From: Phoronis australis
Lineage: Eukaryota; Animalia; Phoronida
NCBI GenBank assembly: GCA_002633005.1
Contig: NMRA01000093.1
Location: 700,505-764,504 of the forward strand
DNA: 64,000 nt
Direction: 5' to 3'
Part shown: piece after piece, positions 26,201 through 38,338 of the stretch
How the letters are laid out: each line of letters starts with the position of its first letter
Numbering within the stretch: the first letter of the stretch is position 1
Position numbers and translations under genes: made by a program
The notes under the pieces: generated by a model
Told to the model about the DNA's origin: nothing
Databases searched by the model: none
What the model saw: the letters and a program-made list of their open reading frames with translations, nothing else

Positions 26201-29200
26201 TGAACTTGGCAAAATGAGAATTATTGCAATTTACATTTACCTGAACACCTGAATCCTCAATGTAATATTTGAGTAACTCTTAAATCCTACATCCCATTGA
26301 GAGTTGAACTGTATTCATTAGTACTTTAGGAACTTTCCTGAAGTACTATGATGGGAACATAAATAACAAAAATGTTCTGAAACTAAAAGTTCCTTCGGAT
26401 AATTTTTGTGGGTAAAACTAAAAATTTGTTAAAGTCAAACAGCACAGGACTAAATTCTGCATGACTAAGTGTAATAATTAACTTGGCCTTGTTCAAAATT
26501 CCTCTTGCTTATCCATGCAGCTGTGTTTTTCTATCTGAAGTCAAGGTGTCAACTCAACATGCAGTGTTATTTTTGAGTCAGGCATTAAATTGACTTTTCC
26601 TAATGAGACTGTAACTGAAAACAGGCTTTAGAAACAAGTACTTACAAGTACTAGGCTCACATGAGTGGCAAAAATGCTGGCATTTCATTGGCTAAAATGC
26701 TAGGGAAAATGCAAGCGTTTTATGTGAGCCAGACCTACCAGCTCTCCCTGAAAGAGTCGTTTTTGCTACCAGTTAGATTTATGAAAAAGTTGAAATCAAA
26801 ATAGGTCTACACTGCCATAAATTAAAGTGCATGGATAAACAAAGACCTCTTCCCCTGCACATTATGGTCTCACTACAAAAGTGCTTGTAAACTCACCAGC
26901 AGTTTTAGGGAAACTCAAAAACTAGTAAAGCACTAGCAGAAGTGGCACATGTAACCATTCACATTATTGGCTTTTTTTGCTAAATTTTCGGTCCTGACCG
27001 TGTTAAATTTTGGTCCTGTCCTGATAAATTGTAGGTCGTGGCGCGATAAATTTTGGTATGTTTTTCTGGTCCTGCAAAGAATTTAATTCTTGAATAGAAA
27101 CTTTGTGTCCTGGAATTTTTTCCGCTTTGACTTTCCATACCAGCATATTCAGTGGCTAATGCCACCAGCAACAGCGAAAACTGAGGACAGTTACAAAAAG
27201 CCATTGTTTGTGGAATTGATATTCATGCTGTCCACCATTAGTATTGTGACTTCTTGTTCAATATTTGTCATTAATTAACCTACAAAATGTCAGTGTCTCC
27301 ATGTCAACACTGCAGGGTAAACTTTGTGTTTAATGTTTGTGTGTTACATAACAGTACACTACAGCTACACAAGATACATGTGTTCTTGGTTGTTGACACC
27401 CTGCCAGTATTTATTAAAGATTGTTGACACCCTGCCAGTATTTATTAAAGATTGTTGACACCCTGCCAGTATTTATTAAAGATTGTTGACACCCTGCCAG
27501 TATTTATTAAAGATTGTTGACACCCTGCCAGTATTTATTAAAGACACACACACACTCTATCCCACATAATACATGCAAGTTCTTACTGGATATTTAGGGC
27601 CTTAGGAAGAGCAGGGGAGGGGCAGGTGGGGGGACATGCCCTGAAACCTCGGAAAGACATCAAGGAGAGTACATTTTCAGATCAATGGAGGTTTATTGCT
27701 GTCACATTTCCCAGTGTTTTTTATAATTTCTTTGTGACCATCCTGTCGTCAAATTGCTTCTTTTTTGCAGTGGGTTATTCAACCGGTTCGTGTAAAAATG
27801 TGTAATGTCGCAAAATGTCCACGAATGAAATAAATTACATTTCTTCTCTGCCAATTTGATTCATCTTGTACATGTTGCTACTAACGCAGTTCTCTCCACC
27901 ATTATCCGCTCGTCTGGTATATTTCTGATTAATCTTCAATCTTTTGTAATTGAGTGGTTAATGACACAGCACATTGAAATCACTGTCGTACCATCTCGGA
28001 GTGCCTATATGATCCAATTAATTATTTACAAATGAAACAAGGTAAATTGTACATTCTGATCCAATTACACAGTTGGTGTTTATTAAAAATTAATCCATTG
28101 TCACAACCACAACAATCCAAGCTTGTACTGCAATAATGCAGACCTTCCCAGCTATGACAAACACCACTTTAGACTGACTTTTGGCACCTCTGGTGGAGAC
28201 TAATGCCATTTTTAACATCTGGCTTAGATTAAAATTTAGAACATCCACAGTGATTATGAGTTGATGTGTCTTGTAGTGGTCACCAAAGTGTAGTTTGTAA
28301 ATCTGGGTGGTCAATGGGGCACTACTGGTTTAGCAAAGGCGTTTTGTTTTTACTGGGGGTTGTTTAAACGCTGCACAGAGTCTTCTTTAAAAACCATTGT
28401 TGTTGTTCATGTTTTATGATGGTACTCAGTTGGTTTTGTTTATTTTTAGTCCCTTTTGTGAGGTAGCATTTCTAATTACCCATGACAAATCTATGTATGG
28501 AATGGAGTTTTTTGATTGGTTCAGTTTGAAGATTCATTGCTGCTAACTTGATGTATTCAAGTTTGCAGTAACACCAAATAAACGAAGAATTCCGCCAAGT
28601 AATTATGCTTTATCGTGTTATTAAATAAAGCTTAAAAGTTACACACTGTAACTATGGCCATACCATATTTGTGGGTATTCAAGGGAAGGCTAGAATTAGT
28701 CTTTGAAAAATGAAAAAAACATCAAATTTAGCAATTATTTTTGTCCATATAGGGAGATTCTACCATATCTGGTAATTGCAAACAACAACATAGTGAGACA
28801 GTGGTGTAGCAGTTAGACATTGATGACCCAGCAAATATGACTTCGTTGTAATGGTTAGAGTTGCTGTAATTTATGAGACAATACAGAGAAGGTCAGATAA
28901 CTTCTTTTGTTAACTCAAAACAACACAAGAGCAAGCCTGTGAGAAGTAGGACATGCCGTAATCGTTCGGGTTAACGGCCTGGGTGGTTAAATTGGCGAAC
29001 CCAAAAAATCGGGGGAGGGCGGTTAACCGAGCAGTGGGCGGTTAAATCGAAAATCCACCTAAAGTAGGGGATGGGCGGTTAACCGAACATGGGCGCTTAT
29101 TACGACAGTCAACCGCCCTGGGCGGTTAATCTTACCTGGCGATCTAAATCCGGACACGACACTCATACTCGGAACGCGTAGCCCTTTTCAAAGAGCTTTA

Positions 29201-32200
29201 TCGCCACGTCGCCAAATGACTGTGAAAACGTCATAACAGCGGATGATCCCAAGAAAGGTTCTCTTGCCCTCAGATTAGTCATTCACTATTAAATTTACAA
29301 AATTGCTGAGTAATAACCCCGTGCCGTCCTGCGGTGCGCAGACGACCAGTGACCACGAAGCCTCCACTAGAATTAAAACTGTTTCAAGATGTGACCCTGC
29401 TTAAGTGCGCGCGTGCAAGCTTCACGTGTTGCAGAGGTCAGACATCAAATTTATGGTCTCGNNNNNNNNNNNNNNNNNNNNNNNNNNNNNNNNNNNNNNN
29501 NNNNNNNNNNNNNNNNNNNNNNNNNNNNNNNNNNNNNNNNNNNNNNNNNNNNNNNNNNNNNNNNNNNNNNNNNNNNNNNNNNNNNNNNNNNNNNNNNNNN
29601 NNNNNNNNNNNNNNNNNNNNNNNNNNNNNNNNNNNNNNNNNNNNNNNNNNNNNNNNNNNNNNNNNNNNNNNNNNNNNNNNNNNNNNNNNNNNNNNNNNNN
29701 NNNNNNNNNNNNNNNNNNNNNNNNNNNNNNNNNNNNNNNNNNNNNNNNNNNNNNNNNNNNNNNNNNNNNNNNNNNNNNNNNNNNNNNNNNNNNNNNNNNN
29801 NNNNNNNNNNNNNNNNNNNNNNNNNNNNNNNNNNNNNNNNNNNNNNNNNNNNNNNNNNNNNNNNNNNNNNNNNNNNNNNNNNNNNNNNNNNNNNNNNNNN
29901 NNNNNNNNNNNNNNNNNNNNNNNNNNNNNNNNNNNNNNNNNNNNNNNNNNNNNNNNNNNNNNNNNNNNNNNNNNNNNNNNNNNNNNNNNNNNNNNNNNNN
30001 NNNNNNNNNNNNNNNNNNNNNNNNNNNNNNNNNNNNNNNNNNNNNNNNNNNNNNNNNNNNNNNNNNNNNNNNNNNNNNNNNNNNNNNNNNNNNNNNNNNN
30101 NNNNNNNCCCTTCGGTCGCCCCACATCCTCTATAACCCGGCAGTTATATTCATCAAAATATTGAGAATTTGACATCTTTCCGTGAGTTGTGAGATTTGTT
30201 CAAAATATGAGAGCTTCCCACCTTAATAGAATTTGGAGGGTTGGCAAAACCATTGTCACATTTCTCTGGCCTGATTTTTTCGAATATATGTTTTATCTAG
30301 TGCACTGCAGACGGAAACTCAGTGCGGCAGACAAAGTCGCTGAAAGCACAGGCGTCCTCAGCTTCTGATCGTCCCCAATACACTACATATAATACTACAT
30401 AATAGTATTATATGTAGTGTATTGGGAACGATCAGAAGCTGAGGACGCCTGTGGCTGAAAGCGGAGGTTTTGACGCCGGCGGCGTTCTTAAACTTTGCAA
30501 ACAAGGAAAGAAAATAAAGTGACAAAAAGGTTCAAGTATTTTGAAGTGAGTTCATGACCCAAGACAATAACTCTACCTGTATTGTGATTCAGATTGCTAA
30601 ACCACCGTCTCGGAGTCCCGGCGTCGTTGCACTCATTGTGATCATCGATCTTTTTCTAAAAGTCGGGGAATCGCGCGTTTCCTTAGCACTAGGCGTTAAA
30701 TCTTCATTCTTTAAAAGTCGGGGGTGGGCGCTTAACCGAGAGATGGGCGCTTAACTGGAAATCTTCAAAAATCGCAGGGGGGCGCTTAACCGAGCAGTGG
30801 GCGGTTAAATCGAAAATCCACTTAAAGTGGGGGATGGGCGGTTAACTGAGCGTGGGCGTTAACCCGAACGATTACGGTAGTTACATAATACTTTAACAGT
30901 TGTGAGTGAAAGACTTGGTAAAATATGCTTGTTAGTCACACCAGGGGCCTATTTCATGAAAAGTGACTTGGTAAGACTAAAGACAGAAGTTATGTCTTGC
31001 ACATGGTGACACAGCTATTCTGAAAAATACTTAAATCTCAATTGAGCAAAAATGCAGTCTCTGAGAATATACACATAATTAGTTGTTACAGAGAGAATTC
31101 CTATAAATTACTTCTAGAGTATGATGTGCTCATAATTACTTAAATAAATATTTATTAAATATTTAAATATTAAAACAGTTAAATATGTATTCAGCAATTG
31201 TGAAGTGGGAAGTAAGACCAAATTTCATTCTTAAGTCTTAAGACACTTTCACAAAACGGACTTCAGGCAAATACGAGTATTTTTCTGATATTTAGTATGG
31301 GTATAAACCCACCTTCTGTGAGAAAGCTAACTTTTTGATCAAGGCAATTACTGCACAGATTGTATTGGGCCCAGATCTTGATGCCAAGAACTGCTGAAGC
31401 TGTCTACTGACTTCCCATGTAAGGAATCACTCTTCATCTGACTAATGAACAAATTGACACCAATTTTGTCAAAAGTGCCTTCTTTAAGTTTGACGGCGGC
31501 CCTTGGTGGGTTTATACCTGGTTTTTAAAGGCAAGATTGTGAGGATATAGAGGTAAACACAAAAAAAAATTAACAAGCTTAAAATGGCAGAACAGGATGT
31601 GAAATGCACCTTGGTGCATGTAAGAAAGTAACACAGAGCTCTTAGAAACGCCTCATTAAGCTTCATATAAACAACTGGTATAATAAGCACTTGGAACACA
31701 GGAGACATTGTTTCACCATGCCCACTGCTTGCCTGTGGTGGTGACCTTAGCTATTTCAAAGGCATCAGTATTACTTAAAAAAGTTAAGAGATTATGCTGA
31801 CAAGGATAAGTATGGTGTGCAGCAAAATGTTCTAAAAAGATAAAAAAGCTGTTCATATTTTCAGAAAATTATCCAAACACCATTGCTTTCCACTAAGCCA
31901 TGTCTAGGTTTTAAAAACATCAGTTTCCAAAGCAGTTCGGTGCCTTTGTTTGGGTTGAAATTGATTACAATAAATCACGTGGAATTCCTCTAGAGGCCAT
32001 GCTACCTTGGCCTCTGAAGCTACGGGGTAAACGTTCTCCAACTGGGACAATGAAAAATTAAATTATTTTGCTTGTCCCAAGTTCTAGAAATAGGCAGTCT
32101 TGGGCATCCTAAATTCAAGTATCACCAAAGAGACAGCAAAATTACCCACTCTGTACATTGAAAACACAATGTCCGAAATTTAAGAAATATAGCGAATGCA

Positions 32201-35200
32201 AAAATCACCCTTTTCCAAGATTCCAGAATCAAGAAAATTCAATTATTGCTGTACTTTCCGTGTCCCAAATTCTAGAAACTGTCCCAAATTTAAGAAATTT
32301 TACCCTAACTCACCTCACCAGCAACTTAATGGGCCAGATTTGAATCAATAACAAATCTGCCATTACTCATTAAGCCTTGAATTTTATTTAAGTCTGGTAC
32401 AAGACCAGACTCATTTCATAAGGAAATGGTCTAAAGTAAAAGTTGTATTCTTGACAGATGTCACTGGTTCTTTGTCCCTATGAAACTACTTCTTCTGCTT
32501 CATGAAGTGAGCTGCAATACAACCTATTCGTCGGAAATTTTCCAAAACGCTATTATGAGTATAGAATAATATCCAAATTTGGCTAACATTGGAAAGTCAT
32601 ATCATACCATGTCTCACAAAATGGCTGATTGGATTAAGAATTGTTTTAACATGAAAATATAGTAGAGCACCCCCCTCTCACAACTCTTCTACAAGTCCCT
32701 GGTTGCAGACCCAGGGTTAGTATCTCTAGGTATTTACAAACATTGTATGTGTTCCACAAAAGCATTACATAATAAAGCTTTCTCAAAGAGACCATTAAGC
32801 TAGCCATTAAACTATTCATAACAAATAGCATTGTTCTGCAGTCAATCTGAGATCAACAGGGGAGTAGTGATTTGGGATGTTTACTACTAAATGCTGGAGA
32901 TGATGGCTGTTGTTGAGGATTACCTCCAGACTTATATGCCCAACTGCATTGATTTGAGTCTTAACAATTCCCATGGTAGCATTTGATAGCCAAACAATGA
33001 ATTCTTTAGACCATTTCAAGAAAAGATCAAATTCATGTGGAGTTAAACTATAGCCACTCCACTCTTTATAGTCTATGGTTAAACACCCGTAAACCAACTG
33101 ATTTCTGTGCAGTCAAATTACTTTGAAAGTGTCTATTTAATAGCATTTGATAGTCCAACAATGAATTCTGAGGACCATTTCAAAAAAGATCAAATTCATA
33201 GTGTTGAAGGTTTGGTGGTGTCTAGAATACCCTACCCTATTAGAGGTTTATATTTGGAGCTTCTAAATCTGAATTTCACATGTTCACTTTAGCTGACTAC
33301 AATTAGGCTCCTTACAATAATAGGATTCCGTTTCCGTTACCAACTCAAGTCACAACCAATGCATTGTGTGCCATTTTTGAATTTGTTATTTTAGTTCAAA
33401 GGCAATGCTTTACATGTGCCATTTTTTAATTCGTAACTTTAGGTTTGGCCAACTCCAGTAATCTCTGAAGTGTTTTCTTGAGTTGTTGATGGTTTCCATG
33501 TTCTTGTTGCTAATGGAAATAGAATCATATCATGGTAAGGAATATCATGGTAAGGAATATCATGGTAAGGAATATCATGGTAAGGAATATCATGGTAAGG
33601 AATATCATGGAGCCTTATTTGATTTTCGCTTTTTAGCTAAACTTGGCAAAATGCAGCTTTAAATTGAGAGAGCACAACTAACATGAATATTATAAAGTTT
33701 TGAAAATTTCAGAATGGGTATTGTAGAAAGTAATGTATTGTTTGGGCAACCAAACCACACTGAGTTTTTTGTTTCAACAAAAATAGTCAGCTTTTGTCCA
33801 TAGTGTCATTTTAAAATTGTTAACACTTTTGAAGGTTATTAGTTTTTGGGCAGGGAATACTTAATACAGACATGTCTCTGAAATGTTAAATAAAAAATCA
33901 GTCGGTGGTTTTTGATAGAAAGATTCAAACTTTTGAGTAAGTCCACATATAACGACCTATAGTGACACAAAACTTTGTAATTGGCTCATTTTTTTCACAA
34001 AATGATGGCTATCCTGTCTGAACGTGTTTTCAGATTGACTTAACCCTCCCCGGACATTTGTGGTATTGGACTTTCAGGCAGGCTTGTTTCCCTGCAGCCA
34101 GAACTATATCCAGAAACCACAGAATGCCAGGAAAAATGAGCTTGTGTGTGGGGTTCCTTGAATTAGATAGTCACAGTCTAGTGCAGCATTCTATAAATTG
34201 TTTGCACAGAGCATGTTGTGTTACAGGCAGTGACCATTTATTATACACTTACAATACTTAGGTGCAGATCCCTTCAAATTATCCATAGAAAGGGCATCAA
34301 ACAACTCCCAACTGTAGTAAATATTTACATTGCCTGCAAACAGTTGTACCAGGAGGGACACCTTGAAGTTATTGTTTTCCTTGGAAAGATAGTTGAATCT
34401 GTAGACTCTGTAAACACCTTTTCTCACCACAAGTGCATTTACAGCTAATGTTCTTGTTAGAATGCACTGGTTCTGTTTAAATAATAGAGAACATAAGTTG
34501 AAAATACCACAGTTGAGAGTCTTGGTGAAGAAAATCCAGTATTTCATTATGATGTGTTTGTCTTTTTCTTTATGCACTAAAGTGTTGACAGAGGACATGT
34601 ACAACACCATGTGATAAATGGAAAGATTTGCTCTAGTGATCCATAAGTCACTTTTCATTCAGCATTTGTTGATATGCTAAAAGGAGTTCCACAAGTGTTA
34701 GGGCCTTTATATTCTCTGCTCGACTATATTCTGAGGGAGTGCAGGTGGAAATTAGGATATACATCGATTTAAAGAAGGAAATTAAAAAGGGAATTATTGG
34801 TAAAAAGTTTCCATCAATAAGTTGCCTTTCAGGATTTGATCAAATAGACCCACTAATCCTTTCATAGGGATCCTTGGAAGGTTGAATTTTAACTCGTTAA
34901 GTTTGAAACAGTAACGACTAAAAAAATTTCCATGTCGCCAAAATTGAATTCAATCTTTTGTAAGGTAAGTAATATTAATGTTAGAAATCTGTAGATTTGT
35001 GTAATTAGGAAAGGAACCCTTTGTAGGGTTTGGAGCCAAAGAGAACCCATTGGTAGGCAATTCGGTGGTAAATGGGAATCATTTTTCGTTAGGAATTTTG
35101 TGAAAAAGGCACCCTTTTGTAGGGTACCGTGGTCATGAAAAGTCAGCCTATCATCGGTACCTCCAAGTGGAACTACAGTAAGAATTCAAGAACAATATTG

Positions 35201-38033
35201 ATGGTGGAAAAGCATAATTCTATTTTTTTCAAATTTCTCAACAAAACACTATAAAGGTTACGCTTCATCTTTCCAATGGTGCGTAGTGTGCAACTGGCGA
35301 GGAACAACATTTGGTAAAATTCTGAGCATTTGTACGGTAATCCACAACATGTAAGCCTTTTCAAAACCAGAAAACAGCAATTATTGCTTTCCCAAATAGA
35401 AGACTTTTTACCAGGGGCAGGCCAATAACAAGAATATTATATCTTTTCTTATCCTGCTCAGTAATGTGTTATTGTCTTTCAACTGATTACAGGAAACACT
35501 AGTCTTCGCATCTGCAAAATAGCTTGAGGCCACTTGATAAAATAAACCAACAAAAGCTTCGACCCAACAAACTAATCATTACAAAAACCATCAAATGTAT
35601 CTCTTCCCCAGATAAAAATTTTACAAAAACACCGAGTTTGTTTTTGTTAGGAGGACACTATCTTCTGCACAGCATGTTCCGTCAGAAATCTCATCTGCAC
35701 CACATGTGTCTCTGGCTGGGATTCAGACATGATTAGCGACTGACCTCTCCCAGGCTGGCTTTAAAAAAATCTCAAACACAGTCAAATAAACACCAACATC
35801 TTGTTGTAAAGGTCACATTTTACTGTCAATACTCTTAGTTGGTGGCAAGGTAGTTTTGTGCCTCTGTTACCACAGAAAGTTGGCAACGATACAAAAATGA
35901 AAGGATTGAGATGACTGGATAAGTCAATGAAGGCGTTGTAATATTATTCTACTTTTGTCAGTTACCGCAAGAGCTAGAATATGTTCTTTTTTCAAAATGT
36001 AAAAGAGAATTGGCACAATTCACTCTTCATTCTCCAGTATATGGTTTTATGACTAGTAAATGCATTTTTTGTATGAGCTGTTGAAAATTTCCAATATAAA
36101 ATAGTAAATATAATAATCAGTCAAATAGGGAATCCCTTCACAGTAAAGCTGAAAAAGAAGCAAAATATCCATAGCACTAACTTGACCTTTAAACTTTACT
36201 TTAAACTTGACCTTTAAACTATGCACTTTGTGACAGTGATTTACATAAAACTAGAAAAATAATAGATTGAAATGATAAAAAAACACGGGTACAAAGTATC
36301 ATGACCAACTTGAATGAACTGCAGCTTGGCACACGAAAATATATTGATACCCTTTTAATAAATGTCATCTGTATATCCGTTTTGTGAAAGCAGACCAGTG
36401 TATAATGTTATCTTTGCTTTTTGTTGCAGAAAATCTCTGGGGAACAGATCTGGATGTTGTTTTTGGCTCAGAGACTGAAAAAGTATATCAAATTTTGAAT
36501 ACTACACACCTGCCATCTATCACTGAACACTTAAAGCTGCCGTCCGTAGAGTTCATCAACTACGTGGCTGCCATCTTGGTCTACTGCGTACGTTACGCGG
36601 CCGTCTTCTGGTTCACTCATCGCGCATTCACTGTCCTTTTCTCTACACAACTTTGCATGACGCTTTTCATGTACGTCATCTCATTCTGTGGTTTCAATAT
36701 TCTGTACAAAGTTTTGAAGAATGGTGACTTAGTTGAGCCTAGTTTTATTCTGAGCTCGGGATCATTGCTTGTCTTGTTCATATTAAGCATTGGATTCATA
36801 TTTACATCGTCAACCACTGTGTTTCGATATGGATATTATTTCTATAATGAGCAATTAAAAGTCTGTCGCAATGTAACTTACAGAGCTGAGGAATGTCATG
36901 CTTACATTCATCACATCATTGCCATGGTTACGCTGCTTTTGGCAGCCATTTGCAAAGCACCGATAATCTATGACTATGTCGTCATATATAGGAGCATAAA
37001 ACATAACGTGGTGTTGGCTGCAATCATATTTGATGCTGTGTATCTATTATTTTGGATTGTGCTGTGGCTGGCTTTGACTCTACGACAGAGCTGGACTTTC
37101 CGCGTTTTAAACCCACATGATAATTATGGGATCGAGTTACACGAACGAGAAACGGACGTTAGCACAACAGCCACGATGAGCAAACACTCACTGGATGATC
37201 TGAGTCCGGCTACTCAAACAACGAATGGAGACATAAAAATGGAGATTGTGCACGAGAACCATGAACTATCGCAGCCGTCCCTTGTTGTAACTATGGTTGC
37301 AAGTAACTTGGACAGAAATGACACACCTCATAGTGAGACATCGTCCGTTGTGACCACTGACTCTCAAATGCAAAATCACCCTATAACTGGGGTCTTGAAA
37401 GAAAAGGTGAGAGCAAAGCGAAGGTCCAACAGTATTCAACACAGGTCAGTGACCTTTCGTGACAAAGTAGACACCCTTTCCCCACGTGCATCAAGTTACC
37501 GACAACCAAAGCAGAGCGGTGATATCGTTGTTGATGTTCATGAGAACATGTCCGCTACAAACACTGACAACGATGCTGATGGGGAAAGCACCCCTGATCA
37601 GCCAGATGCAGGTTCTTCTGCAATATTGCGTCCAAATCATTTGAACCTGGATGTTAATGAACCATCCCCTGAAAATACCCTCAAGAAAAATTATTGTTAC
37701 AGCTTGCGGGAAAGCGATAAGTATTACCACAGCCAGCAAAGTTTGAGTCCGCGTAGTTCGACAGCGAGTCCGCCACCGGAACCAACCCAGATATTTTACC
37801 AGCCCCATGTCAACAAGGGTTTCCATGGCAATGGCCAGTCCAGTGCAATATCATCAGACACTAAACAGACTATTTTGAATGGTCAGGCGGTCAGTTACCA
37901 ACCTCAGGGTGCTAAACCTATATCGGTAAAGAAACAAATGGGGCGAAGAGACTCTGCTAATTTTTCTCTAACTTCATCACAGGAAACTTCTTCAAATGAC
38001 TCGGACACTGGGGGATTGTGCAGTCAAGTGTGA
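14273..38033 (+). CDS. tinc: Tincar-like multi-pass transmembrane protein (~685 aa), two coding exons
   Basis: Exon 14273-14726 (acceptor cttacag| at 14237, donor G|gtaagt; alternative ATG at 14288) joins exon 36430-38033 (ttgcag|AA) in phase 1. Recognisable motifs: LNSLWSVW, FKIGNYSNDGVKLG, P..QTLHILSAFLMLLP..LLEAR, W.TDLD, S.EFINY..A.LVY.VRYAAVFW.T, K.PI.YD and LFWIVLWLALTLRQSW.F. About 8 hydrophobic segments are followed by a long Ser/Thr-rich tail ending LCSQV, as in tincar-family proteins. Confidence 0.85.
17156..17237. repeat. Tandem repeat, 13-bp unit GTTGTTGTTGTGC, about 6 copies
   Basis: Read directly from the sequence. It accounts for the spurious low-complexity ORFs here. Confidence 0.95.
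24036..24209. mobile_element. Fold-back (palindromic) MITE-like element
   Basis: Long imperfect inverted repeat centred on AATTTCAGG-A-CCTGAAATT (~24122), with outer arms TCCTTACCCA / TGGCTAAGGA. Confidence 0.6.
27390..27544. repeat. Minisatellite, 31-bp unit x5, perfect copies
   Basis: TTGTTGACACCCTGCCAGTATTTATTAAAGA is repeated five times with no spacers. Confidence 0.97.
29462..30107. other. Assembly gap (646 N)
   Basis: Run of N. ORFs spanning it are artefacts. Confidence 0.99.
30347..30453. mobile_element. 107-bp palindromic MITE with 8-bp target-site duplication
   Basis: 51-bp arms (one mismatch) surround a 5-nt loop, with ends CACAGGC...GCCTGTG. GCTGAAAG flanks both sides (30339-30346 and 30454-30461). 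Confidence 0.92.
32023..32305. mobile_element. Degenerate MITE, probably related to 51768-52126
   Basis: Imperfect TIRs GGGTAAACGTTCTCCAACTGGGACA / TGTCCCAAATTTAAGAAATTTTACCC, with internal GTCCCAARTTCTAGAA repeats. Confidence 0.55.
33305..33615. mobile_element. MITE with AGGCTCC...GGAGCCT ends; right TIR interrupted by a 15-bp minisatellite
   Basis: The left end AGGCTCCTTACAATAATAGGATTCCGTTTCCGTTACCAAC is the imperfect reverse complement of GTTGCTAATGGAAATAGAATCATATCATGGTAAGG...GAGCCT. Confidence 0.7.
33527..33610. repeat. Tandem repeat, 15-bp unit AATATCATGGTAAGG, about 5.5 copies
   Basis: Read directly from the sequence. Confidence 0.95.
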
Positions 38034-38250
38034 GATGTCCATTAATAGTAATGTGGCGCTCTTTTCATCAGCCGATATTGAAAAAATGTGAATCACTGGA
38101 GTGCATGACCTTGTCCACATGTATATTTGTGCGAGCAAGAAATTAGAATGGGGTATGAACTTGTGTTACAGCACTTACCTTTATAAAATTGGTATCAAGT
38201 TGTTCATTAGTCAAAATAGATGGCATTCTGAGCTTGGAAAGAGCATACAA

Positions 38251-38338
38251 TTATTGCTTAAGACCAGGCCCCATACCTTGAATCATCATGGTAAGTTATT
38301 GCTTAAGACCAGGACTCATACCTTGAATCATCATGGTG
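38251..38338. repeat. Two-copy 45-bp tandem duplication in the presumed tincar 3' UTR
   Basis: TTATTGCTTAAGACCAGG(CC/AC)..ATACCTTGAATCATCATGGT starts at 38251 and again at 38296. Confidence 0.85.

Larger units (their letters stand above)
28956..30877. mobile_element. Non-autonomous Tc1/mariner-type DNA transposon (CCGTA...TACGG ends) containing a nested insertion and a gap
   Basis: A 21-bp perfect TIR (CCGTAATCGTTCGGGTTAACG / CGTTAACCCGAACGATTACGG) has TA on the right flank and TG on the left. GGGCG(G/C)TTAA motifs are repeated near both ends. Confidence 0.85.

Noticed and set aside
29334-30175. Five ORFs of 234-276 aa as a transposase
   Set aside because: They consist almost entirely of N, and the flanking residues show no transposase motif.
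36384-36429. N-terminal 15 residues of the 549-aa ORF as a standalone gene start
   Set aside because: It starts at GTG within a polypyrimidine tract ending in an acceptor (ttgcag, 36429). It is intron sequence preceding tincar coding exon 2.
37491-37826. Antisense ORFs over the tincar exon (also 36617-36817)
   Set aside because: They are shadow ORFs of the real coding strand.
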